This document shows positions 18,604 to 29,488 of a stretch of DNA of 64,000 bases, piece after piece (positions within the stretch are counted from its first letter, which is position 1; each line of letters begins with the position of its first letter). Location: positions 513 to 64,512 of the forward strand of contig JAHFNJ010000004.1 of NCBI GenBank assembly GCA_023267375.1, read 5' to 3'. Origin of the DNA: Candidatus Nomurabacteria bacterium (GTDB taxonomy: Bacteria; Patescibacteriota; Minisyncoccia; Phycocordibacterales; UBA9973). Both the position numbers and the translations under genes were made by a program. The notes under the pieces are model-generated. The model did no database searches. It had not been told where the DNA came from and saw only the letters and a list, made by a program, of their open reading frames with translations.

Positions 18604-19521
18604 CTATCCCTGAATACAGCTGTTAAGTGCATTTATTTCTTTGTTGTACACTGCAATTTTATTCTGCGTTTCTTTTAGTAAGTTGTTATAAACTGTTACT
18701 AAATTATTATATTCTTCAACAGTCGCCGTATACGGACTTCCGTCAGTGCTCCCCTCTTCATCCATCTTTTTTCGCAGCTCATCAAGTCGTTCGTTATCAG
18801 CATCGATCTGATTTTGGTTTTCATCAATATCTTTCTTGAGTGCTACATTAATTTCTGGACAACTGCTACGTGGAAGACCAAAATGCTGTACCGCGAGCCA
18901 CATCGTTTCTCCTTGGTAAGAACCTTCAAGCACACCAACACCGATTTCAGTAAAACGGGTATTTAAAATATTGGCACGGTGACCAGGACTATTCATCCAG
19001 GCATCCACAATTTCTTTTGAGCTCTCAAAATTTCCTAGTGCCAAGTTTTCTCCAACGACGATGTAATCATATCCAGCGTCTGATACCAACGTCACAACAG
19101 TGCTACCATTTGGTGAAGTATGTTCAAAATATTGTTGTGCAAACATATCCTTAACTTTTACCAGCGCTGAAGCATCTAACTCTTTATTTTGAGAAAGAGG
19201 TGGCAAGTTTTGTGAAGCGCGAGCGTTATTCGTTTCGGTAATGATGCCACCTAATGTTACTGCATTAGCGGAAGTAGCAGCTTCATTATTTTTTGAAACG
19301 GCCTTCTCGACAACCTTTTTGATAACCTTAAGTGGCCCAGGAGTGAGCGGTGTCTCTTGGGTAATGAGTGGCAAGACGGCAGAAGAAGCCCGCCCGAGTG
19401 TCTGGCTGATTGTATCGCCACCCTTTTCAATAATCGGCTTCAAGTCTCCCTGCAAGAAAAAAACCGATGCAAAGACGAACAAGACAGTAAAGATGCTTAA
19501 AATATTTTTATTATTTCTCAT
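18604..19521 (-). CDS. CAP/SCP-domain extracellular protein with C-terminal coiled coil
   Basis: YFEHTSP, VGENLA, WMNSPGHRANIL..FTEIGVG. Confidence 0.9.
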   Translation of the reverse strand: MRNNKNILSIFTVLFVFASVFFLQGDLKPIIEKGGDTISQTLGRASSAVLPLITQETPLTPGPLKVIKKVVEKAVSKNNEAATSANAVTLGGIITETNNARASQNLPPLSQNKELDASALVKVKDMFAQQYFEHTSPNGSTVVTLVSDAGYDYIVVGENLALGNFESSKEIVDAWMNSPGHRANILNTRFTEIGVGVLEGSYQGETMWLAVQHFGLPRSSCPEINVALKKDIDENQNQIDADNERLDELRKKMDEEGSTDGSPYTATVEEYNNLVTVYNNLLKETQNKIAVYNKEINALNSCIQG

Positions 19522-19548
19522 ATATAGTTTGAGTGATTAGTTGATGCC

Positions 19549-19971
19549 TTAGACGTCAGGACATGAAGCTGACTTCGTGTACCCGGCCGCCTCTGCCTCT
19601 TCTTTTGTATTAAAATAAATCTTATTTGCCTCGCTTAAATTATTTGCAGCGCTACAAGAGGTAGGATAGTACCGCTTGCCATGGCTTGAGGCCACATAAG
19701 CCCCAGTAGTCGCTTTTGGGGTGGCCGAAATGGTACTAGTAGGGGTCGGCACTGCTACAGTCCTATCAGAAGAAGCTGCCGCCAAAGCTTGATTTTGCAA
19801 GGGTAAAACACCTTGCTCTATAACTACCGACGATGTATCCTCTTTCGAGAAGCGACCCAACCCAAACGACCCAAATGCCACAAGGATGATAATGGCTGCA
19901 ATATATAGGTCTTTTCCGGTATCTGATGATCCTACGGTCTTGATCTTTTGCCCTAGATCATGTATACTCAT
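19549..19971 (-). CDS. Membrane-anchored protein with Ada-like metal-binding C-terminal domain
   Basis: TM helix, then YVASSHGKRYYPTSC...FNTKEEAEAAGY..C. Confidence 0.75.
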   Translation of the reverse strand: MSIHDLGQKIKTVGSSDTGKDLYIAAIIILVAFGSFGLGRFSKEDTSSVVIEQGVLPLQNQALAAASSDRTVAVPTPTSTISATPKATTGAYVASSHGKRYYPTSCSAANNLSEANKIYFNTKEEAEAAGYTKSASCPDV

Positions 19972-20056
19972 AAAACCATTATATTATAGGTAACTGTAGT
20001 TTGCTAGCTAATAGGGTATTTATCCCCTGTTTGCTTGTCACTATTTATTAAATTCC

Positions 20057-20329
20057 ATGGCACATAGAAAAGCCGGCGGTTCCGCCAAAAACCTAAGAGA
20101 TTCAAATCCAAAGTACCTGGGCACCAAGCTCTACGATGGCGAGACAGCAAAAGTAGGCTCTGTAATCGTCCGCCAGCGCGGCACGAGAATCATGGCTGGA
20201 AACAATGTCCGCGTCGGAAAAGACCACACTCTTTTTGCAATGAAAGCTGGAAAGGTGAAATTTGGTACCACACGCAAGGCACACTTCAACGGAAAAGTAC
20301 TCTTAAAGAAAACTGTTTCAGTTCAATAA
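20057..20329 (+). CDS. rpmA: 50S ribosomal protein L27
   Basis: [33 protein letters not shown]. Confidence 0.97.
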   Translation: MAHRKAGGSAKNLRDSNPKYLGTKLYDGETAKVGSVIVRQRGTRIMAGNNVRVGKDHTLFAMKAGKVKFGTTRKAHFNGKVLLKKTVSVQ

Positions 20330-20345
20330 GACTGTATAAAATCTA

Positions 20346-20388
20346 AAAAAACAAAACCCCTACGACTTGTAGGGGTTTTGTTTTTTTT
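20346..20388. terminator. Bidirectional terminator between rpmA and rplI
   Basis: AAAAAAACAAAACCCCTAC-GACTT-GTAGGGGTTTTGTTTTTTT. Confidence 0.85.
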
Positions 20389-20410
20389 AGTGATGAATAC
20401 TATCGAGAAA

Positions 20411-20869
20411 TTACTTTTTTGTTTTTGCCTCTGGCTCAATGACAAGCGTAAAAGATCCTTTCACATCATCAATATGCGCGCCAATTGAAAATGTACCAAG
20501 CATCTTAATCGGTGTTTCAATAACGAGATTTTCTGGTGCAATGTGCGTACGATGCTTTACTTTGAGCGCTTCCACAATATCATCAGGATGTATTGCTGAA
20601 AAAAGATGTCCTTTTTCATTTGCGGATCGCTTGAGTGTTACCGTTATCGCTTCGAGTTCTTTTATATTTTTTACTAAGAGATCGTGCTGTACTTTCTTTT
20701 CAATGTACGCAGTCTTTTTCATTTTTTCGATTTTTGCAATTGCCTCAGGTGTTGCCATTTCAGCCAATTTTTGTGGAATAAGAAAATTGCGTGCGTATCC
20801 ATCATTCATTTCTTTTACCTCTCCTTTTCGTCCAATCTTTTTTATGTCTTTAAGTAGAATAACTTTCAT
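20411..20869 (-). CDS. rplI: 50S ribosomal protein L9
   Basis: MKVILLKDIKKIGRKGEVKEMNDGYARNFLIP. Confidence 0.96.
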   Translation of the reverse strand: MKVILLKDIKKIGRKGEVKEMNDGYARNFLIPQKLAEMATPEAIAKIEKMKKTAYIEKKVQHDLLVKNIKELEAITVTLKRSANEKGHLFSAIHPDDIVEALKVKHRTHIAPENLVIETPIKMLGTFSIGAHIDDVKGSFTLVIEPEAKTKK

Positions 20870-20875
20870 CCTGTT

Positions 20876-21008
20876 TAGAAGCAGGTCGCGGTCAACAAAC
20901 CGAAATGCTGCCTATATAATTAAACTTATAAATCATTTTCATACTAAACAATAAACCCAGATTACGCAACTGCGACCACACCCACCTATCCGACAGACAA
21001 GGCTTCTA
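20876..21008 (-). ncRNA. Candidate structured RNA (long G-U-rich hairpin) between the S41 protease gene and rplI
   Basis: On the minus strand, closing stem TAGAAGC/GCTTCTA, then GGTCGC/GCGACC and further G-U-rich helices; ends 6 nt before the rplI ATG. Confidence 0.5.
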
Positions 21009-21032
21009 GTGGAGTTCCTATTTTCTTGAGAA

Positions 21033-22247
21033 TTACTTCAATAACTCTACGGCCTTATCCATCTGCGGATCTTTTTTAGCTTCAATATCCTTAGCGGTAA
21101 TTCCAACTTTTACATCAGGAGTCAATCCTTGTTTAGAAATAGAGATACCGTTTGGTGTGAGCCATTTAGCAATAGTAATCTTAACCGAAGTATTAGAAGT
21201 AACATCGATTACCTCCTGCACAGAGCCCTTGCCATACGTCTGTTCTCCCACAAGTTTTCCTATACCATTTTCAGAAAGTGCCCCTGCCACAATTTCAGAC
21301 GCTGAAGCAGAACCGCCATCTACCAATATAATCATTTCATTTTTCTTTTCGTCCCAAATGTCATACCCCTTGCTTCGATGCACCGTTTGCGGCTGGCTGG
21401 TACCATAGTCTTCACTGACAATCTTTGTTCCTGCTGGCAAAAACCAGCTCGCAATATCGATTGCTCCATCAAGATAGCCACCTGGGTCACCTCGCAAATC
21501 GAGGATTAGTTTTGTATCTCCGCTCGCCTGAAAATCTTTCATGGCTTTACGGAAGAGATCTGGTGCTCCTTCAGAAAACTGGTAGAGCTTTATAACAAAA
21601 ATACCATCAGGACGTTTTTCAGTATCGAGTGTTGGTATGTTGATAATGCCACGAACAATCGTTACATCACGTGGGGCAGTGTCCCCTTCATGAATGAGTG
21701 TCAGCGTCACCTTCGTCCCCTCTTTTCCTCGAATGAGCGAGATCGCTTTATCAATATCCATGTCAGAAGTGGTAACACCATCTATTTTTACAATAAAATC
21801 TCCGGCTTTCACTCCTGCTTTGTATGCAGGGGTATCTTTCAGTGGAGCGATCACGTTTAGAGTTTTATCTTTCATGCCGATTTCAATCCCAATACCACCA
21901 AAAGATCCTGTGACTTCGTCTTTAAACTGTTGTGATTCTTCTGGTGAAAAAAAGACGCTGTATGGATCATTCAATGATCCAACGAGGCCTTTGATCGCCC
22001 CGTACATGCGATCCTCTGTGCTTACATTACTTGCACCAGGAAATTTTTCATCAATTAAATGCCATATTTTCCAAAAAGTATTGAAATCTGTTCCAGAAAC
22101 GGCACCGTCGGCAGTATTGGTAATTCCTGTAACTTGGTTTGCGAGCAGACGATGTGCAACTCCGACAAAAATACCGAGTGCAAAAAATAACACGGCAATG
22201 GAGATCAAACTAACATTGGTTGTGAGGTTTTTTTTAATATTGTGCAT
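21033..22247 (-). CDS. C-terminal processing protease (S41A, PDZ)
   Basis: DPYS, FGGIGI (PDZ), DLRGDPGG, SASASE and TYGKGSVQ motifs. Confidence 0.93.
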   Translation of the reverse strand: MHNIKKNLTTNVSLISIAVLFFALGIFVGVAHRLLANQVTGITNTADGAVSGTDFNTFWKIWHLIDEKFPGASNVSTEDRMYGAIKGLVGSLNDPYSVFFSPEESQQFKDEVTGSFGGIGIEIGMKDKTLNVIAPLKDTPAYKAGVKAGDFIVKIDGVTTSDMDIDKAISLIRGKEGTKVTLTLIHEGDTAPRDVTIVRGIINIPTLDTEKRPDGIFVIKLYQFSEGAPDLFRKAMKDFQASGDTKLILDLRGDPGGYLDGAIDIASWFLPAGTKIVSEDYGTSQPQTVHRSKGYDIWDEKKNEMIILVDGGSASASEIVAGALSENGIGKLVGEQTYGKGSVQEVIDVTSNTSVKITIAKWLTPNGISISKQGLTPDVKVGITAKDIEAKKDPQMDKAVELLK

Positions 22248-22252
22248 ATATT

Positions 22253-23515
22253 TTATTGATTGGCAGTTACTTTTTCAAACGCATCTTCATGATATTTGTT
22301 TGCTGGATCCCATACCATCCATGATTCTACTCCAGCATCTTTCGCAGCCTTCAGTTCTAATTTAACCATATCTGTCGTATATTTGGCACCCAGATCAAAA
22401 TCTTGTATCCAAGGGCGGATCTGCGTGTACGAAATACTGTTTCGTATATCTTCTGGATTTGTCAGATCATTTTTAAATTTCTCTATCTTATTTTTTGCAT
22501 CATTCATTGCATGAAGAATAATCTGATACGGATCTGCCGCAGGATTTGCAATACCATACTCTCCCTTATTGTAGTGTGATGGATACACCATCGGAGCAAT
22601 GTAATCAAAATACGGCAGTGCTTTTTCAAGCACTTGTCCTATCCCAAGGTCATCTCGTGCGCTCGTAACCAACCCGAAAAGATCAGCAGATGTTTTTAGT
22701 TCGGGGACACTTGTTTTTAAATTTGTTGAAAGATATTTAAAAAATGTTTCAAGATTATCAGCACGAGTGGTTTTGACGCCATTTGCATCAGTAACCAATT
22801 TGTAGTCAATATTCTTTATGTCTCCATCCGAAGGATACCGGATGTAATCGAAGTTTATTTCATCAAAACCATTCTCATATGACTCCTTCGCAAGCGCCAC
22901 TATATACTCCCAAACTTTTGGATTTGCTGGATCAAGGAACGAAAGTCCTTTACGGTCTTTCCATACCATGCCATCACTTTTACGAAGAACGGCCCACTCT
23001 GGGTGCGTTCCCGTCATATACGGATCTTGGAATGTTGAAATACGGCCAATAACATAAATATTTTTTGCATGTAGTGCGTTGATAATTTCTCGGATATTTG
23101 GGATAGAACGCTCTCCTGAACCAAGCGCAACCAAAGCTGGGTCAGTCAATGGAAATGAAACTTTCCCTGAGTAATCTTTGATATCAATAACAACAGCATT
23201 GATTTCTGTACGATCAGCTATTCCAATGATTCGTTCGCGTGATTTTGTATTCCCCGCCACCCACTTCGTGATATAGAGCGCTTTTACAGTACTAGGTTCT
23301 GGAATATGAGTTGCTGCTACGATTACAGGCAACGTCGGATCTACTACCGGAAGAGGAGCTACTTCTTGAGCGCCGAGAACATCCTCTGTATTTTCGCTAG
23401 CATAAATAGATGCATCATACGACTCGGTTGAATCGACAAAAAACAGGACCGCAATAAGTACGGCCCCCGCAAAAATAACAAGAAGGAACAAGTGTAGTAT
23501 TTCCTTTTTCTTCAT
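22253..23515 (-). CDS. Putative glycoside hydrolase (DUF4015-like TIM barrel)
   Basis: NAVVIDIKD, GFDEINFDYIRYP, PMVYPSHY, RPWIQDF. Confidence 0.8.
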   Translation of the reverse strand: MKKKEILHLFLLVIFAGAVLIAVLFFVDSTESYDASIYASENTEDVLGAQEVAPLPVVDPTLPVIVAATHIPEPSTVKALYITKWVAGNTKSRERIIGIADRTEINAVVIDIKDYSGKVSFPLTDPALVALGSGERSIPNIREIINALHAKNIYVIGRISTFQDPYMTGTHPEWAVLRKSDGMVWKDRKGLSFLDPANPKVWEYIVALAKESYENGFDEINFDYIRYPSDGDIKNIDYKLVTDANGVKTTRADNLETFFKYLSTNLKTSVPELKTSADLFGLVTSARDDLGIGQVLEKALPYFDYIAPMVYPSHYNKGEYGIANPAADPYQIILHAMNDAKNKIEKFKNDLTNPEDIRNSISYTQIRPWIQDFDLGAKYTTDMVKLELKAAKDAGVESWMVWDPANKYHEDAFEKVTANQ

Positions 23516-23552
23516 GCAAAATAAAATGAACGTCGCTTAAAAAATAATCGCA

Positions 23553-23804
23553 CTAAACGTTTGGAATTTTAATATCACTCATTGGAGATGCAGCCAGCAT
23601 GTCACGATTGTCCGTATAGGTACTCATGCCATCTTTTTTCTTAGGCAAAGAATTCTTTTTTTCTCGATACAAAAGATAGGCAAGGAACGTAACTAAGAGG
23701 CCGAAGAAAATAAAAAATATTTTTTTCCAACTCGCAGGAAACCCACTAAATGGCAAGAGGGCGATGATAATTCCGGCAAGAAATACAAGACGCTGTTTAA
23801 TCAT
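23553..23804 (-). CDS. Small 2-TM hypothetical protein
   Basis: LPFSGFPASWK hairpin motif; TATAAT lies 6 nt before ATG 23804. Confidence 0.65.
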   Translation of the reverse strand: MIKQRLVFLAGIIIALLPFSGFPASWKKIFFIFFGLLVTFLAYLLYREKKNSLPKKKDGMSTYTDNRDMLAASPMSDIKIPNV

Positions 23805-23852
23805 GCGCTGATTATACACGTAATTCAAATGAGAAGCAAAAGTGCGCTTTTT

Positions 23853-24545
23853 TTAGCGAGCTTCCACCAAAACCACAAATTCCCCCTTGGTTTTTTCAGG
23901 TTGTGTGGTGAGATACAGTTCAAGTTCTGTGGCCGTTCCAGACACAATTTCTTCAAATTTCTTGGTAAGTTCCCGCCCTAAAGCAATTTTCCTACCCTCC
24001 TCCAAGCATTCCTTCAAAGATGCGAGAGTTTTCATGATGCGGTGGGTTGATTCATAAAACACGACAGTCCGATCGGAGAGGGTTATCTCTTTAAAAAGTG
24101 TCTCTCTCCCCTTCTTGTGCGGTAAAAATCCTAAGAAGGTAAACGATGAGGTATCAAAACCAGAAGCAGAAAGCGCAGTAATGAGCGCAGATGGTCCAGG
24201 GATTGGAATGATCCGAGCTTCAGGCAATTGTTCGCGAATATGGCGAACGAGCAGAGCTCCAGGATCAGAGATTGATGGTGTACCAGCATCTGACACGAGT
24301 GCCAAATTTTTTCCATCTTCTAATTTTCCGATGATGTCTTTTTCACGCGAGAGCTTGCTATGGCTATGGTAACTCATCGTTGGCTTGTTAATTGAGTAGC
24401 GATCAAGCAGTTTTTTTGTCGTCCGCGTGTCTTCACACAAGATAAGGTCAACTTCTTTCAACGTCGAAAGCGCTCGAAGCGTGATGTCCTCAAGATTACC
24501 GATTGGCGTTGCCACCACATAGAGAGTGCCGGGAATATTATGCAT
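23853..24545 (-). CDS. rsmI: 16S rRNA (cytidine-2'-O)-methyltransferase
   Basis: LYVVATPIGNLEDITLRA, CEDTR, VSDAGTPSISDPG, RELTKKFEE. Confidence 0.95.
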   Translation of the reverse strand: MHNIPGTLYVVATPIGNLEDITLRALSTLKEVDLILCEDTRTTKKLLDRYSINKPTMSYHSHSKLSREKDIIGKLEDGKNLALVSDAGTPSISDPGALLVRHIREQLPEARIIPIPGPSALITALSASGFDTSSFTFLGFLPHKKGRETLFKEITLSDRTVVFYESTHRIMKTLASLKECLEEGRKIALGRELTKKFEEIVSGTATELELYLTTQPEKTKGEFVVLVEAR

Positions 24546-24975
24546 GAGCGTGATTCTTGGAGTGATTGATAAGAAGGAAAAAAGCAACCGAAATGAGTGC
24601 CAGATTTTTTATGATGTACTGCCCTTCAAGAGTTGGAACAAAAGGCTTCTGCCACGTCACTTCTGGTAAACATACAAGTGGCAGAAAAGTTGTAATCATA
24701 TGCAGAATAAAAAGAATAAACACCAAACGGGTCGCTTTTGGAATTAAAAATAAAACACCGATTAGCATTTCAAAAAGTCCGAACAAAAGGATGAACGTAT
24801 CAAATGATATAAAAGGAAGCGTTTTTGCTTCAAGTTCTGCTACAAGTGGATTTGCGGGACTTAGAGAAAGTACTTTTAAAAGCCCGAACCAGAAGAAAAT
24901 AACAAAGAGTGCTATTCGCCCAAACGGAACGCTATATTTTTCAATCCATGAATGTGTAGTTTGAGATTCTTGCAT
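24538..24975 (-). CDS. DoxX/YkgB-like membrane protein
   Basis: GRIALFVIFFWFGLLK...EGQYIIKN. Confidence 0.75.
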   Translation of the reverse strand: MQESQTTHSWIEKYSVPFGRIALFVIFFWFGLLKVLSLSPANPLVAELEAKTLPFISFDTFILLFGLFEMLIGVLFLIPKATRLVFILFILHMITTFLPLVCLPEVTWQKPFVPTLEGQYIIKNLALISVAFFLLINHSKNHAHA

Positions 24976-24987
24976 AGGACAAGTATA

Positions 24988-25896
24988 TCATGCAGTCTGG
25001 AAGTTTTTTTGAGCAACTCGCTCTTTCCAATCTTTCTCACAATTTACATCACAGTAAGTACTCTCAAGTTCTGGAGAACAGTTTTCACAAACGAGAAAAT
25101 GACGGTGACACATCAAATTTTTACAGTTCACATAACGTTCAGATGGCACGTTGCATCGCTCGCAACTACCGATAATAGTATGGTTTGCAGGGTTATCAAA
25201 ATGCATCGTGATGCGGTTATCAAAAACATACAGCGATCCTTTAAAATCACGGCCTGGATATTTTTCCATGTATGAAACAATGCCGCCATCGAGCTGGTGT
25301 ACATTTTGGAATCCTTGTTTCTTCAAAAATCCAGACGCTTTTTCGCAACGCACGCCACCAGTACAAACCGTAAGCACTGGCTTATCTTTTAAGTGAGCAA
25401 GTGTACCTACTTTGTCGCGTAGATCACGGAAATTGGCGAGGCCAGGGAAAATAGTATTCTCAAACTTCCCCACCTTAAGCTCGTAATCATTGCGCATATC
25501 GACAATATAAAATTCACGGCCTTCTTGATACCACTGATGCAACTCTTCGGGTTTCAGACGCTCGCCTGTTACTTCGTTTGGATCAAAATCAGTATCATGA
25601 AGATGAAGCGATACAATCTCGGGACGGACACGCACACGCAACCGTGGAAACGCTTCTCCAGTACCGGCACTCTTCTTCCAGTGAATATCGGCAAAGCGTG
25701 GATCAGCCTTCATGATTTCCATGTATTTCTGCACATTTTCCGTTGTGCCTTCAAAAGTACCGTTTATCCCCTCATGGGCTATGATGAGTCGCCCCTTCAT
25801 GCCAAGCTCGTTTAAAAGCCCAATTTGAGCCTTTTTAAGGCCCTCTGGGTCATCGATGCGGACATATTTGTAGAAAAGGATGATGGTATATTCCAT
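24988..25896 (-). CDS. trhO: Rhodanese-domain tRNA U34 hydroxylase (UPF0176/YceA)
   Basis: LFYKY, EGINGT, DMRNDYE..GKF, CTGGVRCEKAS, YVFDNR and Cys-rich C-terminus. Confidence 0.85.
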   Translation of the reverse strand: MEYTIILFYKYVRIDDPEGLKKAQIGLLNELGMKGRLIIAHEGINGTFEGTTENVQKYMEIMKADPRFADIHWKKSAGTGEAFPRLRVRVRPEIVSLHLHDTDFDPNEVTGERLKPEELHQWYQEGREFYIVDMRNDYELKVGKFENTIFPGLANFRDLRDKVGTLAHLKDKPVLTVCTGGVRCEKASGFLKKQGFQNVHQLDGGIVSYMEKYPGRDFKGSLYVFDNRITMHFDNPANHTIIGSCERCNVPSERYVNCKNLMCHRHFLVCENCSPELESTYCDVNCEKDWKERVAQKNFQTA

Positions 25897-25922
25897 ACGA
25901 ATAAGATTATACTAAATTTTGC

Positions 25923-26145
25923 AAAAGAAAAGCCCCTCGCGATTGTGCGAAGGACTTCCTGTTTCAGTCGTTGTTTCAAGCGACAGTAATACTTTGAATT
26001 ATTGGGGGGCTGTGGTTAGAAATAGCTCTTAAGCAAGAGTAATCCCTTACGGGGGTTACATAGGGATTATCGGCCTTACAGGGCAGATTGCTTAAAAAAC
26101 ATAGCGCCACGACCACTATCTGTGGCGCATAGAAGAACAGAGCTA
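25923..26145 (-). ncRNA. Candidate stand-alone ~220-nt structured RNA of unknown family
   Basis: Own TTGACA-17-TAGTAT promoter (26179-26151); stems TAGCTCT/AGAGCTA, GCGCCAC/GTGGCGC and TTAAGCAA/TTGCTTAA; GTAA/GAAA loops; terminator at 25957-25923. Confidence 0.55.
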
Positions 26146-26150
26146 ATGCG

Positions 26151-26179
26151 ATACTAGCATATAGTAGTGCACTTGTCAA
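26151..26179 (-). promoter_or_regulatory. Sigma70 promoter
   Basis: TTGACA-17 nt-TAGTAT with extended TGn, just downstream of the atp operon terminator. Confidence 0.75.
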
Positions 26180-26187
26180 TACAACAG

Positions 26188-26221
26188 AAAAATGCCTATT
26201 TCTTCTGGAATAGGCATTTTT
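26188..26221 (-). terminator. atp operon terminator
   Basis: AAAAATGCCTATT...AATAGGCATTTTT hairpin after atpC. Confidence 0.8.
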
Positions 26222-26240
26222 CTTTGGGTCTTTAGATATA

Positions 26241-26687
26241 CTATTTTCTGTATTTTTTTAATCGCCATTTGTCGGCGATTTTCACGCGTGTGAGCGAGCG
26301 TTCAAGTTCAGCTTCAAAGTGTTCAAAGTCAACAATTTCACCCTTGTCATGGAGAGTCTTGAGTTCAGCTGCGCGGGCTTTTGCTTTCATGATTGCCTCA
26401 TCGGTAATATCAGCCACGTGTTCAGCAAAATCAGCAAGGATAATCACTTCTGTAACATTGTCGTTTTTCTTCACTTCAATAAAACCACCAGAGACAGCAA
26501 ACGGAATATGCTCGCCATTTGCAACAGCTACAACATCGCCGGACTTGAGTGCAGAGACAAGCGGAATATGTTCCGGAAGCACGGTAATCTCCCCTGCCAT
26601 GGTTGGCAAAGTAACCTGATTTACTTCTTCTTCAAGAACCACCTTTTCAGGGGTAACGATTTTTAATTTGAGAGTTTTTGCTGACAT
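26241..26687 (-). CDS. atpC: F1 epsilon subunit
   Basis: LKIVTPE..GEITVLPEHIPL..VSGGFIEV. Confidence 0.95.
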   Translation of the reverse strand: MSAKTLKLKIVTPEKVVLEEEVNQVTLPTMAGEITVLPEHIPLVSALKSGDVVAVANGEHIPFAVSGGFIEVKKNDNVTEVIILADFAEHVADITDEAIMKAKARAAELKTLHDKGEIVDFEHFEAELERSLTRVKIADKWRLKKYRK

Positions 26688-26689
26688 TT

Positions 26690-28063
<1,374 letters not shown>

Positions 28064-28080
28064 TTATAACTTTTAATTTC

Positions 28081-28962
28081 TTAACTGACACTCGCCATAC
28101 CGGCACTTATTTCTGATATTTCCTGCGTAATCGACGATTGGCGGGCTTTGTTGAATACTAATGTCAGATCATCGATCATCTCCCCTGCGGCTTCGCTAGC
28201 GTTCTTCATGGCGACCATGCGGGAGGATTGTTCAGAGGCCATGGATTCGAGAAGCATCTGGTACACCTGCGCTCTGGATAATTTTTCTACAAGTTTCTCA
28301 ATCAGGACTTCATACGATGGCTCGAAGGTGTAATCAGTTTTTCCATTCTTTCGTTCTTTTATTTCACCGTTTACTTCCTTAATGATCTTTTCTTTTGAAA
28401 TCGGCAAGAGTTGTCTGATAGTGGCTTTTTGTGAAAGGGCTGACACGAAGTCGGTATATGCAATGTAGACGTGATCATATTTTTGACTGCCGTATTCTTC
28501 AAATAAAATGGAAGCGACAGGGAGAATGTCACGGAGCGACAACGTATCGGGAAGTTCCGTAAATGAAGCCACGATATTTTGGCCAAGCCGGCGAAGCGCT
28601 GCGTCGCCTTTCTTGCCGACGGTTACAAAATCAATCGGTACAGAGCTTTGTTTTATAAAATTCATGGTCTGACGGATTGCCTGTGCATTGTAGGCACCAC
28701 AGAGTCCACGGTTTGAAGTAACTAATACAAAAAGTGTTTTAGCAGCTGGACGCTCAACAAAGAGTGGATTGACGCTCTCGGTAATAGCCTCAGAAAGTGA
28801 TTCAAGAATCTCAAGTGAATAGCGTGCATAGACACGTGAAGAGAGCGCGCTCGCAACTGCGCGTTTCATTTTCGAAGCCGCTACCAATTCCATCGCCTTA
28901 GTGATTTTCTTGGTGTTCTTTACGGACTTTATTCGTCGTTTAATTTCTTTAGTTGATGCCAT
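28081..28962 (-). CDS. atpG: F1 gamma subunit
   Basis: KITKAMELVAASK, RGLCG, NKARQSSITQEISEI. Confidence 0.97.
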   Translation of the reverse strand: MASTKEIKRRIKSVKNTKKITKAMELVAASKMKRAVASALSSRVYARYSLEILESLSEAITESVNPLFVERPAAKTLFVLVTSNRGLCGAYNAQAIRQTMNFIKQSSVPIDFVTVGKKGDAALRRLGQNIVASFTELPDTLSLRDILPVASILFEEYGSQKYDHVYIAYTDFVSALSQKATIRQLLPISKEKIIKEVNGEIKERKNGKTDYTFEPSYEVLIEKLVEKLSRAQVYQMLLESMASEQSSRMVAMKNASEAAGEMIDDLTLVFNKARQSSITQEISEISAGMASVS

Positions 28963-28966
28963 ATTA

Positions 28967-29464
28967 TTAATGCCAACTCATTCCCATCAAGCTCGTAATT
29001 AGGGAATAAATAGAGATAAAAAATCCTAAACTAATAAGAAATTTAGCTGTTTTTTGGGCTGGTTCATTTTTTGATATTATCTTTGCTTGCATACTAAGAA
29101 TGAATGTTGCTATTGAAAGAATAAGTAAAATTCCAAGTTTAAATTCTTTTGTATTTATCCCAAAAAAATCAAAAGATGCAATAATCCAGAAAATAACTGT
29201 CAACACCAAAAATAATCCTTGCCAAAAATATATCTTAGAACTTTTTATTGAAGGAGTAGTGTTTATATTATTTTCTTCTTTCTGTTTTAGATATTTCTTA
29301 TTTAGAAACAATAGGATAAGAATAAAAGCAACGAACACACATACAGAAACTATATTATTACCACTTGCAATAGAAAATATTTTTTGAAAAATAAAAGTTA
29401 AAAATATTGATCCAATAAAGATTAATATATTTCTTAGATTATTTTGTTTAGATTTTGGTTCCAT
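28967..29464 (-). CDS. Hypothetical very AT-rich multi-TM protein inserted in the atp operon
   Basis: About 5 hydrophobic segments; co-oriented and tightly spaced with atpG. Confidence 0.65.
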   Translation of the reverse strand: MEPKSKQNNLRNILIFIGSIFLTFIFQKIFSIASGNNIVSVCVFVAFILILLFLNKKYLKQKEENNINTTPSIKSSKIYFWQGLFLVLTVIFWIIASFDFFGINTKEFKLGILLILSIATFILSMQAKIISKNEPAQKTAKFLISLGFFISIYSLITSLMGMSWH

Positions 29465-29488
29465 ATTTTTATTTCCCAAACCTCATTA

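Noticed and set aside
25976-26179. 67-aa ORF in the track
   Set aside because: Its TTG start is the -35 box of a consensus promoter, so the start would not be transcribed from it. The region looks like structured RNA.
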